Assembly (NCBI GenBank): GCA_964499205.1 | Contig: CAZCJX010000004.1 | Span: 653 to 64,652, forward strand | DNA from: an uncultured Actinomycetes bacterium | GTDB lineage: Bacteria; Chloroflexota; Dormibacteria; Aeolococcales; Aeolococcaceae | Direction: 5' to 3' | Length of the DNA: 64,000 bases | Part shown: positions 20,346-30,612 of the stretch, one piece after another | How the letters are laid out: each line of letters begins with the position of its first letter | Numbering within the stretch: position 1 is the first letter of the stretch | Program-made: the position numbers and the translations under genes | The notes under the pieces: model-generated | The model's database searches: none | What the model was told of the DNA's origin: nothing | The model's input: the letters and a program-made list of their open reading frames with translations, nothing else

Positions 20346-21265
20346 GCGCCCGCGACTGGCTCGCCGCCGGCGGCCCGCCACCCTGGGACGTCGCGGTGCT
20401 CGGCGCGCCGGTGTCGCACGCCTCGATCAGCGCCTCGCGGGCCCACACCACGCCGCCCGCCTTCCGCGCCGCGCTGCAGCGCTTCGCCACCTACGACGGC
20501 GAGCACGACGTCGACCTCGCCGGCCTGCGCGTCGGCGACTACGGCGACGTCGAGAACGACCTCGACGGCGACGTCCGCGCCGCCCAACGCCGCATCGAGG
20601 CGGCGATGATCGACGCAGCCGCCGAGGCGTCGCACGTTGTGGTCATCGGCGGCGACAACTCGCTGACCGCGCCGGCGATGCGCGGGGTGGCGCTCGGCTC
20701 GCTGGGCGACGGCTGGGGGCTGCTCACCTTCGACGCCCACCACGACGTGCGCGACCCGCGCTCCTACGGCGGCCCGCGCAACGGCACGCCGGTGCGCGAG
20801 CTGATCGAGGCCGGCCTGCCCGGCAACCGCGTCGCCCAGGTCGGCCTGCACGGCTTCGCCAACTCCCGCGAGCACCACGGCTGGGCGCGCGAGCAGGGTG
20901 TGCACATGCGCCGCGCCAGCCAGGTGCGCGCCGGTGGCATCACCTCGGTGCTCGACAGCGCGCTGACCGCGCTGGAACGCTGCGGCGCCGAGCGCATCTA
21001 CGTCGACGTCGACATGGACGTGCTCGACCGCAGCTTCGCCCCCGCCTGCCCGGCGTCGATGCCCGGCGGCCTGTGCCCAGCGGACCTGCAGGAGGCGCTG
21101 TTCGTGCTCGGCGGCGACGCGCGTGTCGTCGCCGTCGACCTCACCGAGGTGGACGCGGAGGCGGACATCGCCGGGATCACCGTGCGCACCATGTGCTCGG
21201 TGTTCCTGTCCTACTGCGCCGGGGTGGCGCACCGGCTGCGCCTGCAGCGCGAGGCGGCGGGGTGA
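20342..21265 (+). CDS. hutG: Formimidoylglutamase (arginase-fold).
   Basis: Arginase-family metal ligands GGDNS...DAHHD...[12 protein letters not shown] overlap with the hutU stop. Confidence 0.85.
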
Positions 21266-22482
21266 CCGCGGCCACCCTGGTGGTGCGCGGCATCGGAGAG
21301 CTGGCCACCTGCGACGCCACGCACGGCGACGCACCCGGCGTGGTCCGCGGTGCGGCGGTCGCGGCTGCCGGCCCCGTGATCACCTACGTCGGACCGGAGA
21401 GCGGGTTGGGCGAGCTGGAGATCGACGCCGGCGCGGTGGAGGTCGACGCGCGCGGCATGGCGGCGATCCCCGGGTTCGTCGATTCGCACACGCACATCGT
21501 GTGGCTGGGCGACCGCGCCGCCGAGTTCGCGCAGCGTGCGGCAGGAACGTCGTACGAGGAGATCGCGGCCGGCGGCGGCGGGATCATGGCCACGGTGCGG
21601 GCGACGCAGCGCGGGTCGCTGGAGCAGCTGGTTGCTGCGGCACGGGAGCGTGCGGCGCGGATGCTGCGCCTCGGCACCACCACCTGCGAGGCGAAGAGCG
21701 GCTACGGCCTGGCCCACGACGCCGAGATGCGCCAGCTCGAAGCCGCCCGCGAGCTGCATGCCGATCCCGACCTGCCCGACGTCGTCGCCACCTACCTGCC
21801 GCTGCACGCCGCACCGCCCGACACGGAGCGCGCGGCCTTTGTCGAGTCGGTGTGCGCGGAGGGGATTCCACGCGCCGCCAGGCTGGCGCGCTTCGCCGAC
21901 GCCTTCTGCGACGCCGGCGCCTACACCGTGGCCGAATGCGCGCAGCTCCTCGCCGCCGCCCGCGCGGCCGGCATGCGGCCCAAGCTCCATGCCGAGCAGC
22001 GCGCCCACACCGGCGCCACCCGGCTGGCCGCCCGGGCCGGCGCCGTCTCCGCCGACCACCTGGAACACGCCGACGACGCCGACCTCCGCGCCCTCGCCGC
22101 GGCCGGCACCGTCGGCGTCATCCTCCCCGGCGCCTCACTGGTGCTCGGCGACCCTCCCCCACCCGGCCGCCGCCTCCTCGACGCCGGCGCCACCGTGGCC
22201 GTCGCCACCGACTGCAACCCCGGCACCTGCTACAGCGAGTCGATGCCCCTGATGCTCTCGCTCGCCGTCGCCCTCGCCGGCCTCACCCCCGCCCAGGCCC
22301 TGGTCGCCGCCACCGCGGGCGGCGCCGCGGCGCTGGCGCTGCGCGACCGCGGGGTTCTCCGCGAGGGCATGCGCTGCGACCTCTGCATCCTCGACTCACC
22401 GCGCTGGCTCGACGTCGCCTACCACCTCGGCGCAAATCCCGTCGCCACGGTCATCCTCGGCGGCCGCGTCGTCGCCGGCTGA
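21262..22482 (+). CDS. hutI: Imidazolonepropionase.
   Basis: GFVDSHTHIVWLG, KLHAEQ and ATDCNPGT motifs. GTG start overlapping the hutG stop. The long upstream ORF extension is out of context. Confidence 0.95.
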   Translation: MTAATLVVRGIGELATCDATHGDAPGVVRGAAVAAAGPVITYVGPESGLGELEIDAGAVEVDARGMAAIPGFVDSHTHIVWLGDRAAEFAQRAAGTSYEEIAAGGGGIMATVRATQRGSLEQLVAAARERAARMLRLGTTTCEAKSGYGLAHDAEMRQLEAARELHADPDLPDVVATYLPLHAAPPDTERAAFVESVCAEGIPRAARLARFADAFCDAGAYTVAECAQLLAAARAAGMRPKLHAEQRAHTGATRLAARAGAVSADHLEHADDADLRALAAAGTVGVILPGASLVLGDPPPPGRRLLDAGATVAVATDCNPGTCYSESMPLMLSLAVALAGLTPAQALVAATAGGAAALALRDRGVLREGMRCDLCILDSPRWLDVAYHLGANPVATVILGGRVVAG

Positions 22483-22542
22483 CCGGCGCACCATGCTTCT
22501 GGCAGCAACACGAACCGAATTCCTCGGAGGCTTCGCACCGAC

Positions 22543-23823
22543 ATGGCCGCTTCCCCGACGACCGTGGCGCTGATCGCCGACCGGCTCATCGACGGCACCG
22601 GACGCGACCCGGTGCCCGACGCGGTGGTGGTGTGGGAGGGGGCCAGGCTGGTGGCGGCGGGATCGCGCCGGGAAGTGAGCGTTCCCGACGGCGCCGAGGT
22701 GATCGAGGGCGACGACCTCACCGTCATGCCCGGCCTCATGGACATGCACGTCCACCTCGCCATGCAGACCGGCATGGACCTGCTGCGCATCATGATGTCG
22801 CCGCGCTCCTTCACCCTGATGCACGCCATCCCGCACAGCGCGGCGACGCTGCAGGCCGGCTTCACCACCGTGCGCGACGCGGGCGGCACGCCGGCGGGGG
22901 TGCGCATGGCGGTGGAGCGGGGCTTCTTCAGCGGGCCGCGCATGCACCTCTCGGTGTCGATCCTCTCCCAGACCGGCGGCCACGCCGACCCGATGATGCC
23001 CTGCGGCTGCGAGCTGTTCATCGACGCCACGCCGCTCGACATCCCGCACGGCCGCGTCGACGGCGCCGACGAGATGCGCCGCCGCGTCCGCGAGGTGCTG
23101 CGCGCCGGTGCCGACAACATCAAGCTCTGCACCAGCGGTGGCGTGCTCTCCCCCGGCGACCTGCCCGACACGCCGCAGTTCACCGTCGAGGAGATCGCCG
23201 CCGCGGTGTACGAGGCGGGCGTGCACGGCAAGCACGTGCTCGCCCACGCGATGTCGGCCCAGGGCATCAAGAACGCCCTGCGCGGCGGCGTGCGCAGCAT
23301 CGAGCACGGCTGCCTGCTCGACGAGGAGGGCATCGCGCTGATGCGCGAGAAGAACGCCTACCTGGTGCCGACGCTGGTGGCGCCGCGCGACGTCGCCGCC
23401 ATCGCCGAGCGCAACCCCGCGCAGATCCCCGCCGAGATGGTCGACAAGGCGCGCCGCGTCGGCGCCGTGCACATGGAGCGCTTCCGCGCCGCCGTCGAGG
23501 CCGGCGTGCAGGTGGCGCTGGGCACCGACGTCGGCGTCGGCGAGCACGGCAGCAACGCGCGCGAGCTGGCGCTGATGGTCGAGGGCGGCATGACGCCGAT
23601 GCAGGCGCTGGTCGCGGCCACCGCGACGCCGGCGCGCCTGCTCGGGCAGCAGGATCGGCTCGGCACGCTGGAGGCGGGCAAGCTCGCCGACGTCGTCGCC
23701 GTGCAGGGCGATCCGCTCGCCGACATCGCCCTGGTCGCCGACCCCGCGCGGGTGCGCGTCGTGGTCAAGAACGGCGAGGTGGTGCGCCAGACCATCGCCA
23801 GTGTGGGCGCGCCGGCGAGCTAG
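22543..23823 (+). CDS. Amidohydrolase-family metal-dependent hydrolase (COG1228-like).
   Basis: The LMDMHVHL HxH metal-binding motif. The length and a C-terminal ...LADVVAVQGDPLADI segment are typical of the amidohydrolase superfamily. GGAGG Shine-Dalgarno 9 nt upstream. Confidence 0.85.
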   Translation: MAASPTTVALIADRLIDGTGRDPVPDAVVVWEGARLVAAGSRREVSVPDGAEVIEGDDLTVMPGLMDMHVHLAMQTGMDLLRIMMSPRSFTLMHAIPHSAATLQAGFTTVRDAGGTPAGVRMAVERGFFSGPRMHLSVSILSQTGGHADPMMPCGCELFIDATPLDIPHGRVDGADEMRRRVREVLRAGADNIKLCTSGGVLSPGDLPDTPQFTVEEIAAAVYEAGVHGKHVLAHAMSAQGIKNALRGGVRSIEHGCLLDEEGIALMREKNAYLVPTLVAPRDVAAIAERNPAQIPAEMVDKARRVGAVHMERFRAAVEAGVQVALGTDVGVGEHGSNARELALMVEGGMTPMQALVAATATPARLLGQQDRLGTLEAGKLADVVAVQGDPLADIALVADPARVRVVVKNGEVVRQTIASVGAPAS

Positions 23824-23842
23824 CCAGCCGCCCCAGTTGCGG

Positions 23843-24316
23843 TCAGATCCGGCAGGAAGCCAGGCCCCGCTTGACCAGGTACTGCTGGTGGTACTCCTCG
23901 GCCGGCCAGAACTGCTGCGCGGGCAGGATCTCGGTCACCACCGGCCGCGGCGACGACGCGGCGACGCGCGCCTTCACCTCGGCGGCGACGGCCGCCTGCT
24001 GGTTGTCGTGGGTGAAGATCGCCGAGCGGTACTGGGTGCCCACGTCGGGTCCCTGGCGGTTCAGCTGGGTGGGGTCGTGCAGGGTGAAGAAGTGCTCCAC
24101 CAGGGTGCGGTAGCTGACCTGCTCGGGATCGAAGTCGACCTCGACGGCCTCGGCATGGCCCGTCCGGTCGGTGCACACGTCCTCGTAGCTGGGACGCTCA
24201 GTGGTGCCGCCTGTGTAGCCGACGCGCGTGTCGGTGACGCCGGGGATGTTGCGGAAGTCCACCTCGACGCCCCAGAAGCAGCCGGCAGCGAAGGTCGCCT
24301 TGCTCATGCGCGCCAC
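23843..24316 (-). CDS. msrA: Peptide methionine-S-sulfoxide reductase.
   Basis: GCFWG catalytic motif (ATFAAGCFWGVEVDF). 157 aa. Confidence 0.95.
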   Translation of the reverse strand: MARMSKATFAAGCFWGVEVDFRNIPGVTDTRVGYTGGTTERPSYEDVCTDRTGHAEAVEVDFDPEQVSYRTLVEHFFTLHDPTQLNRQGPDVGTQYRSAIFTHDNQQAAVAAEVKARVAASSPRPVVTEILPAQQFWPAEEYHQQYLVKRGLASCRI

Positions 24317-24323
24317 TTTACGG

Positions 24324-25274
24324 CTACGCCGCCGGCTTGGCGACCCCCGCGTCGGTGGCGAACTGCTGCAGCGACTCGCCGCCGACCACCTCGACGCGGG
24401 GCAGGGCGAGGCGCCCGTCCCAGCTCTCGGGCAGCCCGTTTCCCAGGGCCACGGCGTCGTCGTAGCCGGCGGCCTGCACCGCCGCCATGGCGGTCGCGTC
24501 GAAGGTGCCGTAGGGGTAGGCGAAGTCGCGCACCGGCTGGCCGGTCAGCGCCCGCAGGGTGTCGCCGGAGCGGGTCACCTGGTCGGCGACGGCCGCAGCG
24601 GGCTGCCGGGTGAGGTCGAGGTGGTCGACGGTGTGCGCTCCGATGCGCACCCCGGCGGCGGCGACGGTGCGCAGGCTGCCGGCGGTGAGGTAGCCGGGGC
24701 GGCCGAGGAAGCCGGGCACGGCGAACAGGGTGGCGCAGAGATGGTCGCGCTGCAGCACCGGCAGGGCGTTGAAGGCGAAGTTGTCGTAGCCGTCGTCGAA
24801 GGTGAGGACAACGGGGTGGCTGGGCAGGGCCAGCTCGCCGTGCAGGGCGGCGACCACGTCGTGGAGGGTGACGGCGTGGGCGCCGGAGCGGCGCAGCAGG
24901 TCCATCTGGGCGGCGAACTGCTCGGGCGTCACCGAGAGGCGCTGGCCCAGCACGTCGCCGGGGGTGCGGTCGGTGCGCACGTAGTGGTAGGCGAGGATGG
25001 GCACGTGCAGGGCGCCGAGGCCGCTGCCGCCGGGTGCGGAGCGCCCGCTGGGCTCGTCGCCGTGGTGCCGCGGCACCAGGTTGGTGCAGAGCGGTTGGGG
25101 TTGGGGGGTGGCCAGCCGGCCCTCGGGCACCGCGCCGGTCTCGGGGAGCACCGCGCCGGTCCGGGGGGCCGGGCCTCCGGCGTCACCCGCGGTGGCCAGC
25201 GCTCCGCCCGCGGCGAGCAGGGCGGCGGCGAGGACGAGGGCAGACTGACGAACCGGAGAGAGCACGCGCAGCAC
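24324..25274 (-). CDS. Secreted polysaccharide deacetylase (NodB/CE4 domain).
   Basis: Signal peptide. LTFDDGY (TFDDG motif), HTVDH and other NodB blocks. It is paralogous to the gene at 56768-57886. Confidence 0.85.
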   Translation of the reverse strand: MLRVLSPVRQSALVLAAALLAAGGALATAGDAGGPAPRTGAVLPETGAVPEGRLATPQPQPLCTNLVPRHHGDEPSGRSAPGGSGLGALHVPILAYHYVRTDRTPGDVLGQRLSVTPEQFAAQMDLLRRSGAHAVTLHDVVAALHGELALPSHPVVLTFDDGYDNFAFNALPVLQRDHLCATLFAVPGFLGRPGYLTAGSLRTVAAAGVRIGAHTVDHLDLTRQPAAAVADQVTRSGDTLRALTGQPVRDFAYPYGTFDATAMAAVQAAGYDDAVALGNGLPESWDGRLALPRVEVVGGESLQQFATDAGVAKPAA

Positions 25275-25330
25275 GCTGCCTCCGTCGTGAATCTGACTGC
25301 AACGCTGTCACTCTACATGACAGCGTTGGA

Positions 25331-26716
25331 TCAGGTCATGAGGAAGTAGGCGGCGCAGGCGGCGTCGATGAGGTCGTGGTCGAGGCGCGGCGGGCGCTGA
25401 CGGAACTTGGCGGCGTGGACCACGTGCTTGAGGATGTCGCGGGGATGCACGCCGCGGTAGGGGCGCACCGGGTCGACCGAGCGGTACCACGTGTCGAGCA
25501 GGTAGTCGATGGCGGCGTCGTCGTAGGGGATCTCGGCGCCGGCGCACGCCGACGCCCAGATGGCGCGGAACTGCGCGTCGTCGGGGTCGGGCACGGCCAC
25601 CTTGAAGTGCAGCCGGCGCAGGAAGGCCTCGTCGACCAGCGCGGTGGGCTCGAGGTTGCTCGACAGCACCAGCATGCAGACGAAGGGCACGGTGATGCTG
25701 GTGCCGGCGCGGGCCAGGTTGAGGTGGTCGTAGCCGCGCTCCAGCGGCACGATCAGGCGGTTGAGGAAGTTCTGCGGCGAGATCGCCGCCTGGCGGCCGA
25801 AGTCGTCGACCAGGAAGACGCCGCCGTTGGCCTTCATCTGCACGCTGGCCTCGTAGTAGCCGAGGGTGCGGTCGAAGCCGAGCATCAGCATGTCGGGGGT
25901 CAGCTCGCCGCCGACGGCGACGGCGGGGCGCTCGCAAAGCACCCAGCGCCGGTCGTGCGGCGGCAGCTCGGCGCGGTGGGGCAGGTGGTGGATGGGGTCG
26001 AAGAGGCGGATCACCTGGCCCTGGATGGTCAGCGCGTAGGGCACGAACTGGGGCGGGCCCATCAGGCGGCAGAGCGTCTCGGCGATGCTGGTCTTGCCGT
26101 TGCCGGGCGCGCCGTAGATGAACAGGGTGTGGCGCTCGTTGACGGCGGGCCCGAGGGTGAGCAGCGTCTCCTCGGTGAGCTTGAGGTGGCTCAGCGCGGC
26201 GCGCAGCTCGTCGAGGCTGACGTGGTGCGGGCGCGCGGAGTCGCGGTTGGTGACCTCGCAGTACACCTCGAAGGGAACCGGCACGGGACCGATGTACTGG
26301 TTGATGTCGAGCAGGTCGCGGGCGCGGTCGCGGCCCTGGCCGGTGATCATGTAGGCCATCGACGCGCCGATGTCCTCGTCGGGCAGCAGCGCCGCGCCCG
26401 AGACGCTGTCGCGGAAGCCGGCGGACTGCACCCAGCCCTGGTCGGACAGCGGCTTGAGCACCTGCGACACGAACATCCACGGCACGCAGGCGCGGTGGGC
26501 GATGTCGCGGCCCACCATGGTGCCGTTGAAGTACAGCAGCTTGAGGACGATGTCGGAGACCAGCGTCTCGGGGACGCCGAGGTCGGCCCAGCTGCGCGGC
26601 GGCGGGGGGTAGGCGGGGATGCCGTGCGTGGCGGGCGGGGCGCTCGGGGCAGCAGGCGCGGACGCAGGGGCGGGAAGGCTCACCCGGCCGATTCTGCGGG
26701 CCGCCCGGGCCGGCAT
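25331..26716 (-). CDS. AAA+ ATPase of the DnaC/IstB-like clade with a ~260-aa N-terminal domain of unknown function.
   Basis: Walker A GAPGNGKTSIAE, Walker B VFLVDDFG, and a sensor-1 VLSSN. The N-terminal region is Pro/Ala-rich with no recognisable similarity. The start is uncertain. I took Met 58 of the track ORF so as not to overlap yyaL. Confidence 0.6.
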   Translation of the reverse strand: MPARAARRIGRVSLPAPASAPAAPSAPPATHGIPAYPPPPRSWADLGVPETLVSDIVLKLLYFNGTMVGRDIAHRACVPWMFVSQVLKPLSDQGWVQSAGFRDSVSGAALLPDEDIGASMAYMITGQGRDRARDLLDINQYIGPVPVPFEVYCEVTNRDSARPHHVSLDELRAALSHLKLTEETLLTLGPAVNERHTLFIYGAPGNGKTSIAETLCRLMGPPQFVPYALTIQGQVIRLFDPIHHLPHRAELPPHDRRWVLCERPAVAVGGELTPDMLMLGFDRTLGYYEASVQMKANGGVFLVDDFGRQAAISPQNFLNRLIVPLERGYDHLNLARAGTSITVPFVCMLVLSSNLEPTALVDEAFLRRLHFKVAVPDPDDAQFRAIWASACAGAEIPYDDAAIDYLLDTWYRSVDPVRPYRGVHPRDILKHVVHAAKFRQRPPRLDHDLIDAACAAYFLMT

Positions 26717-26807
26717 TCGCCCATGTGACACCCCCGTGCCGCGGTGTCCAGAACACCGTTGCAGGGCCGTCGCGGCGGCGTGAGTCCGGGAGATTCCTTG
26801 CGGATCC

Positions 26808-28844
26808 TCAGGCGCGCGCGACGAGCAGGGCGCGCAGCTCCTCCGGCGTGGTGACGGGTCGCTCGCAGGCGAAGTTGCGGCAGACATAGGCCGCAGCCCG
26901 GCCGTCGACGGGAGTGCGGTCGGCCATCAGCGGCACGCCGTCGGCATGGCCCCAGGCGAGCACGCGCGCGGGGTCGAAGTCGGCGGCGACGGTGTGAAGC
27001 AGCGCCTGGGTGTCGCCGGCGTCGGGCGCGCCGGCGATGGCGACCTCGCGCAGCGGGGTGACGGCGAGCTCCAGCGCCCAGGCAAGGTTGCCCAGTGCCA
27101 GCGGGCTGCGCACGACCGCCGGCGCCAGCGGGCTGATCACCGAGAGCGCGGCATCGTGCCAGCGCGCGTCGCCGGTGTAGGCGTGGAGGCGCAGCATGGC
27201 GTGCGCGGCGATCGACTGTCCCGCAGGAACCGCGTTGTCGTCGATCGACCTGGGGCGCACCAGCAGCGGCTCGGCGTCGAGCGCGGTGTCATAGAAGCCG
27301 GCGACGGGGTCGTGGAAGCGCTGCAGCATGTCGTTGCCGAGTCGCAGTGACTCGGTGAACCAGCGCGGGTCGCCGGTGGCCTGATAGAGGGTGAGCAGCG
27401 CGTCGGCGAGGAAGGCGACGTCCTCGAGGAACCCGGTGATCTTGGCGCTGCCGTCCTTCCAGGTGCGCAGCACCACGCCGTCGCGGGTGAGGTGATGATG
27501 GAGGAACTGCGCGCAGGTCGTCGCGACGTCGACGTAGTCGCTGCGCTGCAGTGCGGCGGCGGCTTCGGCGAAGGCGGCGAGCATCATCGCGTTCCACGCG
27601 GTGATCACCTTGTCGTCGCGGCCGGGGTGGACGCGCCGCTCGCGCGACTCGTATAGGCGAGCGCGAATCGCGTCGACGCGCTGCTGCAAGGTTGCTGCGT
27701 CAACGTCGAGTGCGGCGGCCACCTGCTCCAGCGGGTAGGGCAGCGAGAGCACCGTCGCGCCGTGCTCGAAGTTGCCTCCCTCGGTGACGCCGAAGACGCG
27801 GGCGGCGAGTGCGGCATCGTCGTCGTCGCCCAGCGCGTCGCGCAGCTGCTGCGGCGTCCAGACGAAGAACCTGCCCTCCTCGCCCTCGCTGTCGGCGTCC
27901 TGCGTCGAGGCGAAGCCGCCGCCGGGCAGGCGCATCTCGCGCACCACGTAGTCGAGCGTCTCCTCGACGACGCGGCGCCAGCGCGCGTCACCGGTGAGCT
28001 GGTACGCGTGCAGGTACACGGGAACCAGCTGCGCGTTGTCGTAGAGCATCTTCTCGAAGTGCGGCACCGCCCAGCGGCTGTCCACGCTGTAGCGGTGGAA
28101 GCCGCCGCCGACGTGGTCGTAGATGCCGCCGCGGGCCATGCGGTCGAGGGTGATCAGCGCGGCGTCGAGCAGCGCGCTGTCGCCGGTGGCGCGGTGGCGG
28201 CGCAGCAGCACGTCGATCGCCGCGGAGTGGGGAAACTTGGGCGCGCCCTCGCCGAAGCCGCCGTTGCGCCGGTCGGTCTGCTCGGCGAGGACGCGTGCCG
28301 CCTGGTCGATCTGCTCCACGGTAGGCGCGGCGCCGCCGTGCAGCCGCGGCGGGGTGAGCGCCTGGCGCAGCTGCTCGCCCGCCTGGGCGACGGCGTCCTT
28401 GCGGTTGTGATACGCGTCTGCCGCGGCGCGCAGCACAACGGGGAAGCCGCGCATGCCGCCGCGATCCGCCGGCGGGAAGTAGGTGCCGCCGAAGTAGGGA
28501 ACGCCCTGCGGGGTGAGGAACACGGTCATCGGCCAGCCGCCGCTGCCGGTCATCGCCTGCACCGCCTGCATGTAGACGCCGTCGACGTCGGGGCGTTCCT
28601 CGCGGTCCACCTTGATGTTGACGAACAGCTGGTTCATCAGCGCGGCGATCTCGGGATTCTCGAACGACTCGTGGGCCATCACGTGGCACCAGTGGCAGGC
28701 GCTGTAGCCGACGCTGAGCAGGACGGGCCGGTCGCTGCGGCGCGCCTCGGCGAAGGCCGCTTCGCCCCAGGGCCACCAGTCGACCGGGTTGTCGGCGTGC
28801 TGCAGCAGGTAGGGGCTGGTCTCCTGCGCCAGGCGGTTCGACAT
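26808..28844 (-). CDS. Thioredoxin-domain protein YyaL (DUF255, with C-terminal N-acylglucosamine-2-epimerase-like alpha/alpha toroid).
   Basis: [35 protein letters not shown]...CHWCHVM (CxxC) is the defining N-terminus of this family. About 680 aa. Confidence 0.9.
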   Translation of the reverse strand: MSNRLAQETSPYLLQHADNPVDWWPWGEAAFAEARRSDRPVLLSVGYSACHWCHVMAHESFENPEIAALMNQLFVNIKVDREERPDVDGVYMQAVQAMTGSGGWPMTVFLTPQGVPYFGGTYFPPADRGGMRGFPVVLRAAADAYHNRKDAVAQAGEQLRQALTPPRLHGGAAPTVEQIDQAARVLAEQTDRRNGGFGEGAPKFPHSAAIDVLLRRHRATGDSALLDAALITLDRMARGGIYDHVGGGFHRYSVDSRWAVPHFEKMLYDNAQLVPVYLHAYQLTGDARWRRVVEETLDYVVREMRLPGGGFASTQDADSEGEEGRFFVWTPQQLRDALGDDDDAALAARVFGVTEGGNFEHGATVLSLPYPLEQVAAALDVDAATLQQRVDAIRARLYESRERRVHPGRDDKVITAWNAMMLAAFAEAAAALQRSDYVDVATTCAQFLHHHLTRDGVVLRTWKDGSAKITGFLEDVAFLADALLTLYQATGDPRWFTESLRLGNDMLQRFHDPVAGFYDTALDAEPLLVRPRSIDDNAVPAGQSIAAHAMLRLHAYTGDARWHDAALSVISPLAPAVVRSPLALGNLAWALELAVTPLREVAIAGAPDAGDTQALLHTVAADFDPARVLAWGHADGVPLMADRTPVDGRAAAYVCRNFACERPVTTPEELRALLVARA

Positions 28845-28927
28845 GGCCGCCACGCTACCGCAGCGGGGCAGGGGGACGCCGCTAAGCGGCGCCCCCCCTC
28901 TCCCCCAATCGTCAGATCATGCCTCCG

Positions 28928-29443
28928 TCAGTTCGGCGGCACGATGGGTGGTGGGGTCCGGACCGGCGACGCCGTGTTCGGGCACCCAGGCTGCGGGCAC
29001 CCCTCGAAGTTGCCGTCCCAGCCGCGGAAGAACGTGCCGTCGTTGGCGTTGTAGGCCATCGCGTACCACGTCGCAGCGTCGCCCGCCTCCGATGTGGACG
29101 GGATCTGGGGCGTGAGGATCAGCAGCCAGCACAGGCAGGTCCAGCCGTCGACGGGGCTGCTCATGCTGGCCAGGTAGGCGGCATCGAACGTTGCCGGGCC
29201 GTTGCCCGCGGTGTACGTCTGCTCGACCGACTCGACGCTGACCACTCCCGCCGGTGGGGTCATCACCTCCGAAGCCGTGATGTCGAAGTAGTTGAGCTTC
29301 GACTGGACGTCCGTCGGCAACGGTCCGAGGACAGGAGCCGACTGGGCGTGCCCGCGGGCGGTGCCGTGGGTCACCGCCAGAGTGACTCCGCTTGCCACGC
29401 CAAGGGCGGCCAGTGCGGCGAGGCCAACTCGCAATCGCTTCAT
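28928..29443 (-). CDS. Secreted hypothetical protein (171 aa).
   Basis: Signal peptide MKRLRVGLAALAALGVASG. GGGAAGGGAGAG Shine-Dalgarno. High GC3. Begins 15 nt after the stop of the upstream secreted gene. Confidence 0.55.
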   Translation of the reverse strand: MKRLRVGLAALAALGVASGVTLAVTHGTARGHAQSAPVLGPLPTDVQSKLNYFDITASEVMTPPAGVVSVESVEQTYTAGNGPATFDAAYLASMSSPVDGWTCLCWLLILTPQIPSTSEAGDAATWYAMAYNANDGTFFRGWDGNFEGCPQPGCPNTASPVRTPPPIVPPN

Positions 29444-29457
29444 GTCTCTCCCTTCCC

Positions 29458-30210
29458 TCAGTGCGGACATGCCTTGTCGTTGATGGCGACCATTGAGCCG
29501 CCGTTGTAGTTGGCCCGGTTGGTGAAGGAGGGCGTTCCACCCTGGGTCGGGTTGAACGTCTTCCAGCTGCCGCCGCTCCCGCGGGGCCACCAGTAGTGGA
29601 TGTCGTTGAACGTCTCGGACGGCCCAGCATAGCCACCGGGCATCTGGCTGGACAGAGTGTGGATCTCGCCCGAGACCTCGCCCATGGTCAACTGGCCATC
29701 GGGGATCACCCAGCCGTCGTGGCCGAGGTACTGGTTGTTGGCGTAGTAGGTGAAGGGGAACTGGCTGGCGTACGGGTTGTAGTTGACCGTGTAGTAATAG
29801 CTGTTGCCCAGCGGCAGGGCGTTGAACAGCTGCGTGCTCCAGGTGTACTGGCTGCCCGTCCACCAGCCGACCTGGGTGAATGTGTATCGCTGGCCGTAGG
29901 CCTTCTCCATCCAGCCGACCTGCGCATAGATGTGCGGGTCGTTGGCCTTCTGCAGCATCACCCACGCGGTGGTCTCCACGCGGTTTGGCTGCACCCACGG
30001 CGAGTAGTCGAAGATCTGGGCGTACATGCCGCCCCCCAGGCCGGACGTGTCGCCCGACCAGGCCGCGTAGCGGTTGCCGTCGTCTGCGCGGTTCGGCCAG
30101 CAACCCATGCCGTCGCCCGACGCGGCGACGGGCGCGACGGGAAGCAGCGCGGCTGCCACCACGACGGCGCCGACGGCGGCGTACAGGCGTGTTCGTAGGT
30201 TCCGGTGCAT
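29458..30210 (-). CDS. Secreted hypothetical protein rich in Trp/Tyr/Asn/Gly (250 aa); possibly a small beta-rich hydrolase.
   Basis: Signal peptide MHRNLRTRLYAAVGAVVVAAALLPVAPVAAS, with a GGAGGG Shine-Dalgarno. The aromatic/Gly/Asn-rich composition resembles small jelly-roll secreted enzymes, with no motif-level assignment. Confidence 0.6.
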   Translation of the reverse strand: MHRNLRTRLYAAVGAVVVAAALLPVAPVAASGDGMGCWPNRADDGNRYAAWSGDTSGLGGGMYAQIFDYSPWVQPNRVETTAWVMLQKANDPHIYAQVGWMEKAYGQRYTFTQVGWWTGSQYTWSTQLFNALPLGNSYYYTVNYNPYASQFPFTYYANNQYLGHDGWVIPDGQLTMGEVSGEIHTLSSQMPGGYAGPSETFNDIHYWWPRGSGGSWKTFNPTQGGTPSFTNRANYNGGSMVAINDKACPH

Positions 30211-30612
30211 TGCCGATTGAGCCCTCCCTGGCTGTCGGGTCCGTGACTGGCGATGGGGTGCGCGGTGCGGTGAGTGGGGAGTGCATTGGTTGAGAGTGGG
30301 CCGCCGGCATGCGGACCGGCGGCCCGGTTGAGAAGGAAGGGATTGAGCTGCCAGCTCGAAATCCGGATCGCCAGCGCGGCACCTCACTCCCGCCTCGTGC
30401 GCCCTCCCGCCGTGTCGCGGACCGTCCGCTCGGTGCTGTCGCGACCGGTCCGCGGACGTCCAGGACGGCCCGGCGCGTGCCCAGAAGCTTGAACCGCAGG
30501 CGTCTGCCCGGCTAGGCAGTGTGCCCAAGCAAGTCTGTCACCGAGAAACAAGGGTGTTGAGGACCTTGGCTGGTCAGCGGGCGGCCGCCGCGCCCGGCTA
30601 CACTGTCCCGCC

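Noticed and set aside
21123-24113. 996-aa plus-strand ORF spanning hutI and the amidohydrolase.
   Set aside because: It is an alternative frame of genuine genes. The translation is Arg/Gly/Pro low-complexity, typical of off-frame reading in 72% GC DNA.
30274-30515. Small plus-strand ORFs (72 and 68 aa) in the long intergenic region.
   Set aside because: No Shine-Dalgarno, Arg-rich low-complexity products, and mutually overlapping. More likely a non-coding leader.
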